Assembly (NCBI GenBank): GCA_012295275.1
Contig: CM022679.1
Coordinates: 30,132,001-30,196,000, forward strand
DNA: 64,000 bases
Direction of reading: 5' to 3'
Origin: Chrysomallon squamiferum
Taxonomy: Eukaryota; Animalia; Mollusca
In this document: positions 40,801-62,286 of the stretch, one piece after another
Layout: every line of letters begins with the position of its first letter
Position numbering within the stretch: position 1 is the first letter of the stretch
Notes under the pieces: model-generated
Seen by the model: the letters and a program-made list of their open reading frames with translations, nothing else
Told to the model about the DNA's origin: nothing
Databases searched by the model: none
Made by a program: the position numbers and the translations under genes

Positions 40801-43509
40801 TAGAAAGTTTAAAAGTGTGGGTTTAAAGTATGAACTGTTAAATTTTTGGTCTTGTATTTTTTTTATTTTTTTTTGTTGTTTTTTTTTGTTTTTGTGCAAT
40901 CCTACTAAAACAATCATAAAATCCACATAAAGACAACTATTTTTCAAACAATTATAAATTACATTTATATCAAATATCTTTTGCTAACCATACAAAACTT
41001 GTTTTAAAGGAAAACATGCATAATAACTATTAATTCTACAAACTGCAGTATTGAATTTCACTATAAAGAAATCGGTATCTCTACATACCAGTGCTACATA
41101 TTCAGTTTATTTTTAGCTACATTATTTACAACTAATACATTACGCAAAATCTTTATTTTTTTATTTAAAAGGTCATTAACTAATACAAGATGGAAATGAT
41201 ATTACGACAGAAGAACAATAAAATAAAACGAGTCCAGACAGAGAAATATTGATGCTGGGTTTTCACCTGATCTCTGATAAGTTAATCAATAACCCACACA
41301 GCTGATTGATCATGTTTTCTTCATTACACAATAAAGCCACAGCTCATTACTTCATCCTACAGCACTGTTACTTCTCTTACAACAATCAAAGTGGGAGTGG
41401 GTTGCAGATGAGATGTGCAAGGTTTATCCAAGACGTAATGAGATCGATTCCAGCTGGCCCATTCAAGAAATGTTTCCTCTGCTCCAATGTTAGTCAAAGT
41501 GTACTCTTACCGTTTAGCAAAAAATCATCTTTTATGTGGACCTTCTCATAAACAGCAAAATAGTTAAATGGTTTAAGAGAGAGAGATTACTCTCCTGGTG
41601 GTGTAAATGTAATAGTAAAATGGTTTGTTATAAGTCAAAATCTACTCTTACCATTTAGCAAGAAACCATCTTTTATGTGGACTTTCCCATTAACAGCAAA
41701 ATAGCTGAATGGTGTAAAAGAGGTATTATTCTCCTATTGGTGTAAATATAAGAGTAAAATACTTTATATAACAGACAATGGTCTGTTCTTACCATTTAGC
41801 AAAACAATCATCTTTTACATGAATTCCCCATTAACAGCAAAACGGCTGAATGGTATAAAACAGAGATTATTCTCTTTGTGGTGTAAATTATATTTTTTGT
41901 AACAATCAGTGGTCAACTCTTACCATTTAGCAAGAATCATCTTCATACATATTTTACCATGAACAGTAAAATAGCTGAATGATATAAAAGAGTTATTATT
42001 CTCCTAATAGTGTAAATATAAGAGTAACTTATTTTAAATAATAGACAATGGTCTTTAGCAGAAAATCCTCTCTTATATATACTTACCCATGAACAGCAGA
42101 GTATTTGAATGGCATAAAACAGAAATTATTCTCCCAGTAGTGTACTTTTATGTAATAGTCAATGTTTATTTTTGCAATTTAGCAAGAAATCATCTTTTAT
42201 GTGGACTTTACCATAAACAGTAAAACAGTCAGTTACTCACCTTTTTTTTTTTTTTTCTTTTTTTTTTTTTTGTACTGAGTAATCATTTACCAGTTTGTAA
42301 CAAGCTTTTCATCTTTTTCTATTTATAAATTTTTAATTACAAAAATAAAAAAAATAAATAATTAATGACTCTTCTTTGATAAACAAAATTTTCCTTTGAA
42401 GTAAAAATTAAAAAAAATAATTAAAAAAAACAGCCTAACATACATGACCCATTAGTCTCAAGTTATTTATTACAGGTATAATTTTTATTTTACTTTTGTG
42501 TCATGTTGTCCCTAGAAGTCTCGACATGAAAATCAATAGTATTTCACAATCAGCTTCCTCGGGACAATGTTATTGTGTGTTTCCTAACTTAGACTTCTTT
42601 CACTTCTGATTTCAATCCAGCAAACATCTTTACATGAACTGAAATCCAAGCACGTTTGTTATGATCACCCACAATGTATCAGTTTGCACTGTTTAACATA
42701 TTCTTATATGTTATTATTGCATATTTTAAATCCAGAAATTATATATATATAATATTCTCCTTAAAAACCAAAAAAAAAAAAAATAAAAAAATTATATTAA
42801 CATAAATTTGAATCTATTAAGTACTGCTGGGTATAAGCATATGAGGACTTGTTGGTTGAGGGAAGGCAGAAGGATTGATTTGGTTGATTTGCCCAAACTT
42901 TTACAGAGTAAAAAAAGAAGAACAAAAAAAACCCAAAATCTTCATTTTGCCCAAACTTTCCCCACAGTTTTGTTTGAAATTTTGAAAGCCTGTCACCCTT
43001 CCCAGCCAACCCCCCTGAACTGTACCTCCATGTCACTGCAATGATAATTTAATAATTCAAAAATGACTGGACCGTATAAAACAGGACACAGCATATCAGA
43101 CACTACGTTGCAGTCTAATGAACTGTGACAGCTGAAGTGGTCAGTTTAACAATGTCAACAAAGAGCAATTGAAAATAGTGTTAGCGTATCTCTTGTCTAA
43201 GAATAAACCTGCAGTAACTTGCATGTGCACTTTCCCAAAAAGCTGAAACAACATATTTCTGAGAAGGAGAAGTTCCACAATTCAACATGCATAAGGAATA
43301 CTACACAACCATTATGTCACAGGCTATTCCGTAATAATATTTCACATCATGGTTATAATAAACTGATATAAGTAATGAACTTATTACAGATCAGAAATAA
43401 TAATAATAATGATATTTTTTTTAAATTTTGTTTATCAAAAAGTGAACATATAAAAATAAAATAAAATAAAATAAAATAAAAATAAGTTTATGAATAAACA
43501 ATTAAATAA

Positions 43510-43560
<51 letters not shown>

Positions 43561-43868
43561 AAATAAATAAATATTTAACAACACAAAATTAACACAAAAA
43601 TAATAAACATAAAGACATAAACAAATATTTTGAAACAGACTGTCTGCTTATTTCAAGATTTACTGATACCAGAAATATTTTAAGTCATATCGGCTTACTT
43701 TAACGTATGTCAAAAAGATTATTTATTACAAGAAATGACTAGCATATTATTTACTTAACAAGCTGCATGGGTAAGGGTGAGTAATAGAGAGAGATCACTG
43801 TCTTAAGTGGATATATATAACTATCTTGTCTTTCTAATGGATCACTTTCAAATATCAACATTCGGTTT

Positions 43869-43909
<41 letters not shown>

Positions 43910-44464
43910 CGTAAGTGATGTACCTGTTCATATAAAAAAAAATATTATATATTTATTCATTCCTAACACATCTATTTTTACAAATTCATTAATCCATCTT
44001 TGATTTATTTATCCACAGTCCTTCATATGTCACATATTCTGTTCATTCATCTTTCTTATGTTTTCTCTAATACATAAAAAATTACACTTTTTCAAATCCT
44101 ATACAAAATTTACACTTTCTCAAATCATGTACAAAATCACACATTCTCAAATCATGTACGAAATCACACTTTCTCAAATCCTATACAAAATTTACACTTT
44201 CTCAAATCCTATACAAAATTTACACTTTCTCAAATCATGTACAAAATCACTTTCTTAAATCCTGTACAAAATCACACTTTCTCATATGCATCAAATTTAC
44301 TTTCTCAACTCCAACCAACTAATACGTTCTCATATTCAACCAGCCCACACTTTAATAATAAATATCCAACAGTTCAAAACTCTATTCTCTCTGTATTTTA
44401 TCTTATTACATTCAGTTTCTACTTTTCACTAAATCCATGAAGCTCAACTGAAACACAGCACACA

Positions 44465-44505
<41 letters not shown>

Positions 44506-45491
44506 ACTCAAGTGTTTAAACCTATCACCCAGTGCTGAGAGCTGGTTAATAGCTTAAGCTTGACTGTGATTACAAAACAGGCTGAGAGCAGAGACTACTA
44601 CCCCCTGCGTTGTGTCGATGTGCACGAGGGGTGACATTACTGTGTCAGATACACAGGGCCTTGTGGGTAGGCTGGCTGTTGCCATGGCCACATTGTTGTA
44701 ACAAGTGTCGGTGCTCAGTTTAATTCTAATTGACTGGTTTCCTGTCTCTTTTTATCTTTCACGTTTGTGACCGTCGTCTTTTAACAAGTAAGTGTTCACT
44801 TTTTATATTTAATATTTATGTAATTTATTTATTTTATTCAATGTCTTTCTTTTCTTAAATAGATACATTTTTATTTTTTATTCACTTTTTTATGTCTGGT
44901 TTTCACTTATCTGTGTAATATCTTTATCAGTAGATCTGTTATTCAATAACTGAAATATATTAGTCTGCTAAAAACCCAGATATTTTGTATAATTAATTAC
45001 AAATTAATATAAACTTGGGATTTAAATTTTGTATAATTAATTACAAATCAATACAAACTTGGGATTTAAAGCAAAGAGCATATTGTATCCTTCAGATTTA
45101 TTAATTTAGAGAAAAAAGTTTTAATAAAATGAAAAAAGAAGGAACGTTATAAAATGAAATATATGTATTTATTTATCTATCTATTCACATACACACACAC
45201 ACACATATATATAATTATAATTAATCATTAATCTAATCCAAGTCAATAAATTAAGCTCACTGAATAAATCTCAGTAATTTTTTATTTTTTTATTTTTTTT
45301 ATCATTATTGGCAAATAATTTTATGTAAATGATATAAGCATATAATTTCAAAATCTAATATTTTACAACTAAAGTTCTAAAAATTAATGTTTTCTGTCAT
45401 TTCAGAAAAAGGTTATAATTTATCAAAATTTTACTATTCCTTTTATGATCTTTAAAATTAAAATTAAAATAATAATAATAATAATAATAAC

Positions 45492-45525
<34 letters not shown>

Positions 45526-46417
45526 GTAATATAGTATAAAGAATAGTGTCTTCTTTTTGGTTGCATCAAAATAATAACTAAAATCAGTGCTAAAAATAGA
45601 CCTGTGACTTGTAATAAATAATACTGATTAACATATGTTTTTTTTCTTGGTGGGATGTGTTTTTTTTCTGAGTTGAATGAAACATGAGCTATTTTGTAGC
45701 AAACAAAACAGATTATATTAAACAATGGCAAGAATAATTTATTTATTGGCAAGTAACACACACACACAAACAGTCACACTTACAAACAGATTCATACCTA
45801 CATCTGTGAAACTTTTCTCTCTTTTTTTGTAAAAGACATCATTAACACTTAACTTATTAACAATTATGTTAATTTTCTACCATCAAATATTTATCATTTC
45901 TTTTTTTGACAGCAATAACAAATGATCTTTTATCACTTATGTTGTCACAGAAAAAGAAAAGCACATATTTTATAGCCTTTGTTCAGATTGTTCTTTTTTC
46001 ATTTATTTAATGAAAATCTTAACCTGAATCATGTATCTGAAGAGATAATATTTTCAAAAGTGAGAGATCTTAAAAACTGACAATATTAAAAAAAAATCAT
46101 GTTTAAAAAACTTGAAAAATCTAATCTACTCCATATCAGTCACAAATAATTTGTATTAATCCTTATTAAAAAAGGAATTAAAATTCGTTTTTGTTATTTA
46201 TTTGAATGATTATACATATACATGTATATAATTTCTTCTGTGACTATGACAGCATTTAAACAAAGTATCATAGTCTTATACATTTTCAAAGGTCGGTAAT
46301 TTATTTTACTTCCTATTTAAATCAAATTTAAAATCTGTATTCTTTTTGTAAATTTAATGTATATGGTGTCATGGTCCTAAAAAAAAAAAAAATTATATAC
46401 TGGATAAGAAACTAATC

Positions 46418-46451
<34 letters not shown>

Positions 46452-48050
46452 CTATATTTTAAATATATAATTAATTTGTGCACAAGAATATCTATTTAAA
46501 AAAAGAATAATATTTTATTTTATTAATTTATTATTATTATCTTTATTACTGTTTCAAAAAACACTTTATCTGTCTCATAGTATGTGTATAGATAGACAGA
46601 CAAACACACAGATAGATAGACAGATAGATAGACAGACAGGTAGATAGATACTCTACTAAACATACCTGTCTGTTTGGATCTGAGGCCAGCCCATGTGCCA
46701 AGTGGGCTGTGAATGTACTTTTTCCTACTCCACCTTTTCCAGACAACACAATAATTTTGTGTTTCACAGTCGCTAACTTCTCCCTAATCTGTCTTATAGC
46801 TGTAAGAAAATAATAATAATCATACACTTTAATACAAATTAATAATCAGTTGCAGCACACAGACATACACACTCACAGACACACACCGAACTGAACAGAT
46901 TACATAAAAAAAATATATCTAAGTAAAATATTATCTGAAGGATAAATTTACACTGTTGGGGTTATTTTAGAATGTATAATCCATTTAAAAAATAAATTAA
47001 AACATATCTGCTCATTTTGTTTTCTCTTACAGATATGATTAAATCTTGGTAAATAATTAAGAAACAGAGTATGCATTACGAATTAGCCTATTCTCAAAAA
47101 TATCATTTATTAATTTATAAATAATAAATGTTACTCTGAGATTAAGAAAGAATTACAAATATTTTATAAATCATCAGAAGATTCATTGGTTATACCATAT
47201 TACATCTTTGTCAATAATTGTTAAAGTTTAGTTTACTGTTATTAAATCTGATCTCATACTTATGTCATAATTGTTTGTTTAACTTCTTACTGACAAAAAA
47301 CTATATTTAACTTTAAGTAAATCTAATACATTCCTCAGAACGTATATATTATGTATGATTGTAAATTATATCAAGTTCATGACACTAAATGATTTTCTGC
47401 ATAGACACTGTAATTTATACAGATATTACAAGGCTATCATTCACTGTAACTTCCTGACAACCATGACAAATACTTCCTTTTTATTTCTAGATACATACAC
47501 ATATACATGCATGCATGCGATAGATATATACACTCAAAATACAAACTTTGTAACCGAATAAATATGATTTTTATGATTTTTTCAATATTATTTGACCAAT
47601 TTAAATTTAAATGAAATAATACCTAATATATATATATATTAACTGTGTTAATGATTAACATTAAAATATACACATACAAATAAATTACACACAGAGTGAC
47701 ATACATGCCAGGCACTGACACAAAAACACAGAAATACACACACAAACACACTAGCACTCATACACACTTAAATATTCTTAGTCTCTCTCTCTCTCTCTCT
47801 TATTAATTTAAAAAACAAAGACAAATTTGAATCACAAACCTGGATCAGGAGTTGAGAATGAAGCAGAACTACAAAGTGGTTGGTTTGGACAGGTGGAACA
47901 AGGTGATGCTTTCCCAGCATCTTTACTACCTGTACCTGGACAACCTGGCAAGAAACATTTATTTATAATTACTAAAGGATATCAGAAATATGCAAAATAA
48001 AAAATAAATAACGACAATTAATTCAAAAAAATAAAAAAAATTAAAATAAA

Positions 48051-48105
<55 letters not shown>

Positions 48106-48902
48106 TAAAAACAATGAAAACAATAAACATACATACATACATTAAAAAAAAAAAAATTTAAAAAAAAAAAAAAAAAGAGTAAACATTAGGTCATACAAAA
48201 TATTACTGTATAAATTATAATTTCTTAATTATTAATAATTAAGCAGATCAATGGCATTATCATCATAAGCATTTAAAATTCAATAAATTCTAAAAATACA
48301 TGATTAGGTGTGTGTCCAAGGTAAGCTTATTTGAAACTTTAAATCATGGACAAATTACAAATTATGCATTTCTGTCATAGTCTGCTAAATTTCATACAAC
48401 TATTTAGGGTAGCAGATAGTCATTCTTGGAAACCAAAATGAGTGGTTTTCTTAACAAACAATACAGTTAATAAACTGATAAAAAATAAATAACTTAATCA
48501 GTCTTAACCTTTTTTATCAGTGCTATCAAAAAGATTTTAGTGTCATTTAATATGAGGTTTTTTTGTTCTTTCTAATGATATATATTATTTCAGGAAAATA
48601 ATAACTATGTCCAGAACTATGTAGTATGTACTAAAAATAAAAGTAGCTTAATCCTTCACTAATTTAGTAATTAGCAAGTGATAATTCGGGAATTTATTTA
48701 TTCATTATGATTATTGGTACATAAATGTGAGACATCAGCTTGGTCTCAAATGTTACTTCAAGATTATTTTTCCTGATTACTTATGTTTATTCACTAGCGA
48801 TTTATAAAGTTATCGTTTTTATAACGATGACTTATACGCTTATCAAAAGAAACCTACAATAAAACACTCACTTTTCGGAGCATTTTTTGGTATGTCCGCC
48901 AT
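27715..48902 (-). CDS. NUBP1: Cytosolic Fe-S cluster assembly factor NUBP1 (Nbp35)
   Basis: Exons 48902-48872, 47944-47840, 46799-46666, 33735-33667, 32782-32750, 31734-31644, 30955-30801, 30070-29960, 29331-29229, 28388-28305 and 27788-27715, phase-consistent. N-terminal CPG...[60 protein letters not shown] and [14 protein letters not shown]. Confidence 0.96.
37376..40226 (-). mobile_element. Non-autonomous/defective Sola2-type DNA transposon in NUBP1 intron 3
   Basis: TIRs ~37376-38008 and ~39603-40226 (GGGTCATTCCGTGTCAAATCACCCA ... TGGGTGATTTGACACGGAATGACCC) with a 4-bp TTAT direct repeat on both flanks. Internal minus ORF 38770-38339 contains CCDPLNRH[10 protein letters not shown], a CCHCC zinc-finger-like motif. 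GRG termini, a 4-bp AT-rich TSD, long TIRs and CCHCC are established Sola2 hallmarks. Confidence 0.8.
41390..42230. repeat. Dispersed-repeat-derived tandem array of ~130-145 bp units with self-complementary ends
   Basis: About six units starting TACTCTTACCATTTAGCAAG.A.TCATCTTTTATGTGGAC (~41502, 41643, 41785, 41916, 42054, 42177). Several end in TAAATATAAGAGTA, the approximate reverse complement of the unit start. Preceded by a B-box-like GAGATCGATTCC at ~41440. Confidence 0.75.
44080..44300. repeat. ~29-30 bp minisatellite AAAATTTACACTTTCTCAAATCCTATAC
   Basis: About seven tandem copies visible. Confidence 0.85.
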
Positions 48903-50066
48903 TTTGTTGCGCTTCACAAAATAACCTCCTTTCTCAGGAGAGTTCTTTTAATTTATTTTGCATACTAGAAAAGGTGAACCTAACCGAAAATAGTTGAATG
49001 GTTTCAAAGAGAGATTACTCTGCTAATGGCGTTAATACAGAGTAAAGACTTTGAACGTAGAGCAGTAAATTGAGAAATATTATTTCCTTCAAGCGTCATT
49101 TTAACTCTAGTTTTCACAGGTAGTTAACGTAACAGTCAGAGGTTCAATGAATGGTGGAAAGTAATAAAGAAGAACAAGCGTCACATCCCCTAGGTTACCG
49201 GTTACTGCAAGCAAGCTGGCTGCAGCAAACTACCATTCAATGCAATCGAATATATATTTAAACATTAAAAATAAATAACGAGCAAACATGGATCCAACAA
49301 TGCTCACTTTGAAAACTAACAATTGTGCTGGCGGATTAAATAGATTGTATACCATAAAAGGTACATAACACTGTTAAACACTGCAATCAATGATCGCAAA
49401 ACCGAAATTAGTTTTTAAATTCAAATATGACGTTCTTTACGTTCTGTTATTTCTGACCACAATTCGACGTTATATAGAATTACAATATTTGCCTTGTGTT
49501 AAAATTAAAATAATTTATTCATCTTTATTTAAGATAATTCTGAAATTATAAACAGTTAACAAAATATAACCTGAAATTAAATATTAAATCCATTTCACAC
49601 AGACATTTGATTTACTTTTCTATGTTTTTCGTTAAAATAATAATAATAACCTGCTATTATTGTTGTTACTGTTACTGTTGTTTTCTGTTGTTTTGTTGTT
49701 GTTGTTGATTTTGTTTGTTGTTGGTTTTTTTTTTTTTTTTTTTTTTTTGTTGTTTTTTTTATCTCAGTACCTGGGATTTTTATTTCATTTTTTTTTTTCT
49801 GTCGATTTTATTGTTGTTGTTGGGTTTTTTTTTGGGGGGGGCTGTGTTCTTTTCTAATCACTGCTTTCGTCTTGAAATTTATATCAACCACAATACCTTT
49901 CTTTTCCGAAATACTTAATCAGCTCGTGTAGATACTGATAATTAATTTATATATACTTAGGTTTTTCTTTGAGACCAAATAGTTAATTTATATTCATTTA
50001 TTCAATTCTGTTTGCTTACAGTTTTCAGCTGGTATATTTCTAATCAGCGATAATAACAATTATAGC

Positions 50067-50142
<76 letters not shown>

Positions 50143-51029
50143 AAAACAATATGAAAGACTTGAAAGAAAAGAAAAACATATTTTGCATTCGAATATCTAT
50201 AATGTTATTATAATATATGTGTCAAACTATTTGATTGAACTATTTATTATTAAATCTAAATAAATGTTTAAATAATGTTTAGTATTTTTTACATTTTTAC
50301 TTGTGAAAATTAGAGATCGTTTTAAGCAAATACATTCCATTATATCTTTATATCTTTCCATCTCTCCGTTTGCCTATTTATTTATAAAATTGTTTTGTTT
50401 TGTTTTTGATTCTGATATTATATATATATATATTTATCATTTGTTCAACGCATGCATAATATTAAAGCAAATCGCAGCTTCCTATATCATGACTAATATT
50501 TGAATCCTTGTACGCGCTTCCATTGCTATGGAAAGGGGAAAAAAAAAAAAAAAAACCATTTAAAGAAAAAATATAGTGATTTCTTCTGAAAAAAGTCATT
50601 ACAAATTAAACTTTGAGGAAAAAGCTTCCCTAAAGGTGGCGTTAAACAAAACAAGGTAGGCAAAATAGAACCGTTTTTTTCCTCGTCCTTTTTTTTTTTT
50701 TTTGGCCTGTAATTTCTATAAATACTTATTTAATCATTTCTTACCTTTATTCCAGTTCAGGAATAATACAATCCTATAATACCCTCCCCTTTAGTTTGAC
50801 ATAATACACGGACAATAATCAGGATTTTAAAACTAGAATGCCTTTGACAGACCCGAGTTTTAACCTCTGCCATTTTCCAGTATTTCTGTTCTGTTGAACG
50901 GTCGGTTGACTGATTTTCAGATACATTTTCTTAACACTGTATATCTCAGATTAGAGGCAGAACTTACCTGCAACCCTCAGAGCTTGTTGTTACTCATAGA
51001 TTAACTGTTTTATTTATTTTCTTAAATCA

Positions 51030-51075
<46 letters not shown>

Positions 51076-52018
51076 GCACACACACACACTCACACACACA
51101 CACACACACACACCAGTACAAGTTCAGAGAAGGAAGGGCTAGTATTCTTTAGAATTCTTTGGATATAACAGCTTTGTTCTAATTCTCTTGGTACAATTTT
51201 ATATCTTTCCCTGTCAACCAGAATCCCAGGGATTATTCATCAGTTATTCGTTCTGTTGTATTTCTTTCTTAAATTTTGACATTATTTGCTAAAACGTCAT
51301 TTAATTATAGATGATGGCTAATTATTACTATTAGTTTTTAAATATTTCCAAACAAATCGGAGAACAGAAATTGTGATTACAAAATTTTAACATGTTATCA
51401 ATAATATTATCTGTAGCAGTTTAAACGAATGTTTTATATATATATTTATCACACTGACTACAAAAGTCAGTTACCTGTGGGATGCATACAGTCAGAAATG
51501 ACAATGTTGGGTTTTTTTCTCAGGTTAATGTATTTCTTACCTTTTTCCAATCAACCTATATGACATGCTTTACGACTCAGACCGTCACAAACTCTTTAAA
51601 CCCGTGTTCTGATTCTTACCACCGAATTGTAAATAATTTGTTTCTATTAGATCACCAAATTATCGCAGTTGATAACTCCTTGGATGTTTTACGTTTCTTT
51701 ATACGCAGCAAACAAGGCGTTCTCGCTGTTACAAAATGCTTTAAACGAACTGCATGAATCGACTGCGTCATTAATACGGCACGGTTTATTAACTAATAAT
51801 AATAAACATAACTACTGCCTCACGCGAATCTGAAATTAATCGCCACAAGTCCACTGTCTGGGGAAAAAAAAAAAAAAAAATTTAGCCGTTCTTTTAGTTT
51901 TTTTTTTTTATTATTATGGGTAATTATTGCGTCGGATTATGAATGGAGGCATTCAACTAAAACCGGTTTGTCGCGGAGCGCGTTCGATCGGTAATCAACG
52001 GGCGCGCAGACGACCCAA

Positions 52019-52203
52019 CTCCGTTGCCTAGTGTCGCCAAGTAGCTAGGTGCCCGTAAACATGCGATTTTCGTTTCCGTTTCGAAGAGGTATATGAGGGC
52101 TTTACTTTCCGTTAATTGTTTTAGTGTTCAAACATCATCCCAGAATAACGGATACAGGTTTTATCTGCTTGGAAATTTAGCCTCTAGTTTTTCGGACGTG
52201 AAG
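52019..52203 (+). promoter_or_regulatory. Probable tektin promoter / first exon with RFX X-box-like site
   Basis: CpG-rich island (~51930-52100) with GTTGCCTAGTGTC at ~52023. Candidate donors at 52088 (G|GTATAT) and 52203 (AAG|GTAAAA). The tektin acceptor at 53538 precedes the ATG, so an upstream exon is required. Confidence 0.55.
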
Positions 52204-52730
52204 GTAAAAAGAAAAAGAAATAGTTGTATAATGTGTATAATCTGAGTTTTGATCGCGGAAAATAGTGAGCTTTCTTGGTAGCTTTTTTATAGACAGGCTG
52301 CGTCTTTACTTAATTTATATTATGAAGCTAATTATTTTATATAGTATAGTCATTAAGTCTGCATATGACATGGTTGTGAGTGTATATATATATATATATA
52401 TAATGAATATTAATTTGTACTTGTGAAGAACAAATACACTGTTTGCTTAAGACAAATATTTCACAATGTTAATTGTATTGATACATGTCATTGTAATCGT
52501 ATAGCCCTTTTATTATATGTTTTATTAGTTTGTAATTTATTACAGCCCGTTGGCTAATTCATTTCACTAAACAAATTTATTGACACAGGGCTGTTTGTAT
52601 TTCTTACGTTTTGGTGTTCGAATGTTATACAAATATCAATGGAATCAAACATGTTTTATGGAATGTTTAAATTCGTTTTTCTTTTAGTCATTCTTTCTGT
52701 ATATCTTTCTTCTTCTTCTTCTTCTTCTTC

Positions 52731-52776
<46 letters not shown>

Positions 52777-53204
52777 CATTATTATTACTGTTATTATTAT
52801 GCTACTATATTTTTATATTAGCGGCCCCCCCCCCTATGGGTATTCGATCCTGCTATGTATTGCATCAAACTATTCTGCTAAATGAGCCAGTATCAGTTTA
52901 ATCATTTTGTTCACTGCCAGACAAGGTCACGTAAACAAAATCAATATAAATGTTGTATAAGTCTTTAAATATTTTATGTAATTACAAATAACTTTTACAA
53001 ACTGATGTAAACTGATATTATCAACAACAAGGAATGAAAATGTATTTCCTTTTCATTCATTTTTTCCCCCTCTGTGTCTCTTACGTTGTTGTTCCTACAA
53101 TGAAATGAGATGTTAGATAGTTAAAAAGAACATAAAGAATTGATCAGGAAAGTTGATAATTTGTTTAAGCTTTCTTTGACTTAACATATCCTTTCATTTT
53201 CGTA

Positions 53205-53332
53205 TTTTGACGTAACATTTCAATTAGAAAGAAAAGATTATTATCTTGAAATCTTTTGTTTAATTGTTTTGACGTAACATTTCAATTAGAAAGAAAAGAT
53301 TATTATCTTGAAATCTTTTGTTTAATTGTTTT
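53205..53332. repeat. Recent ~62-bp direct tandem duplication
   Basis: TTTTGACGTAACATTTCAATTAGAAAGAAAAGATTATTATCTTGAAATCTTTTGTTTAATTG present twice in tandem. Confidence 0.9.
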
Positions 53333-53433
53333 GTCATCATCATCACCATAATCATTATTATTAGTATTAGTATTAGTATTACTACTACTACTGCTACTAT
53401 TATTTTTATTATTACTATTACTATTTTTATTAC

Positions 53434-53533
<100 letters not shown>

Positions 53534-53546
53534 TCCAGAACCAGCC

Positions 53547-62286
<8,740 letters not shown>

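Noticed and set aside
41500-42230. Regularly spaced repeats suggestive of a CRISPR array
   Set aside because: Eukaryotic intron, whole units are homologous (no unique spacers), and no cas genes.
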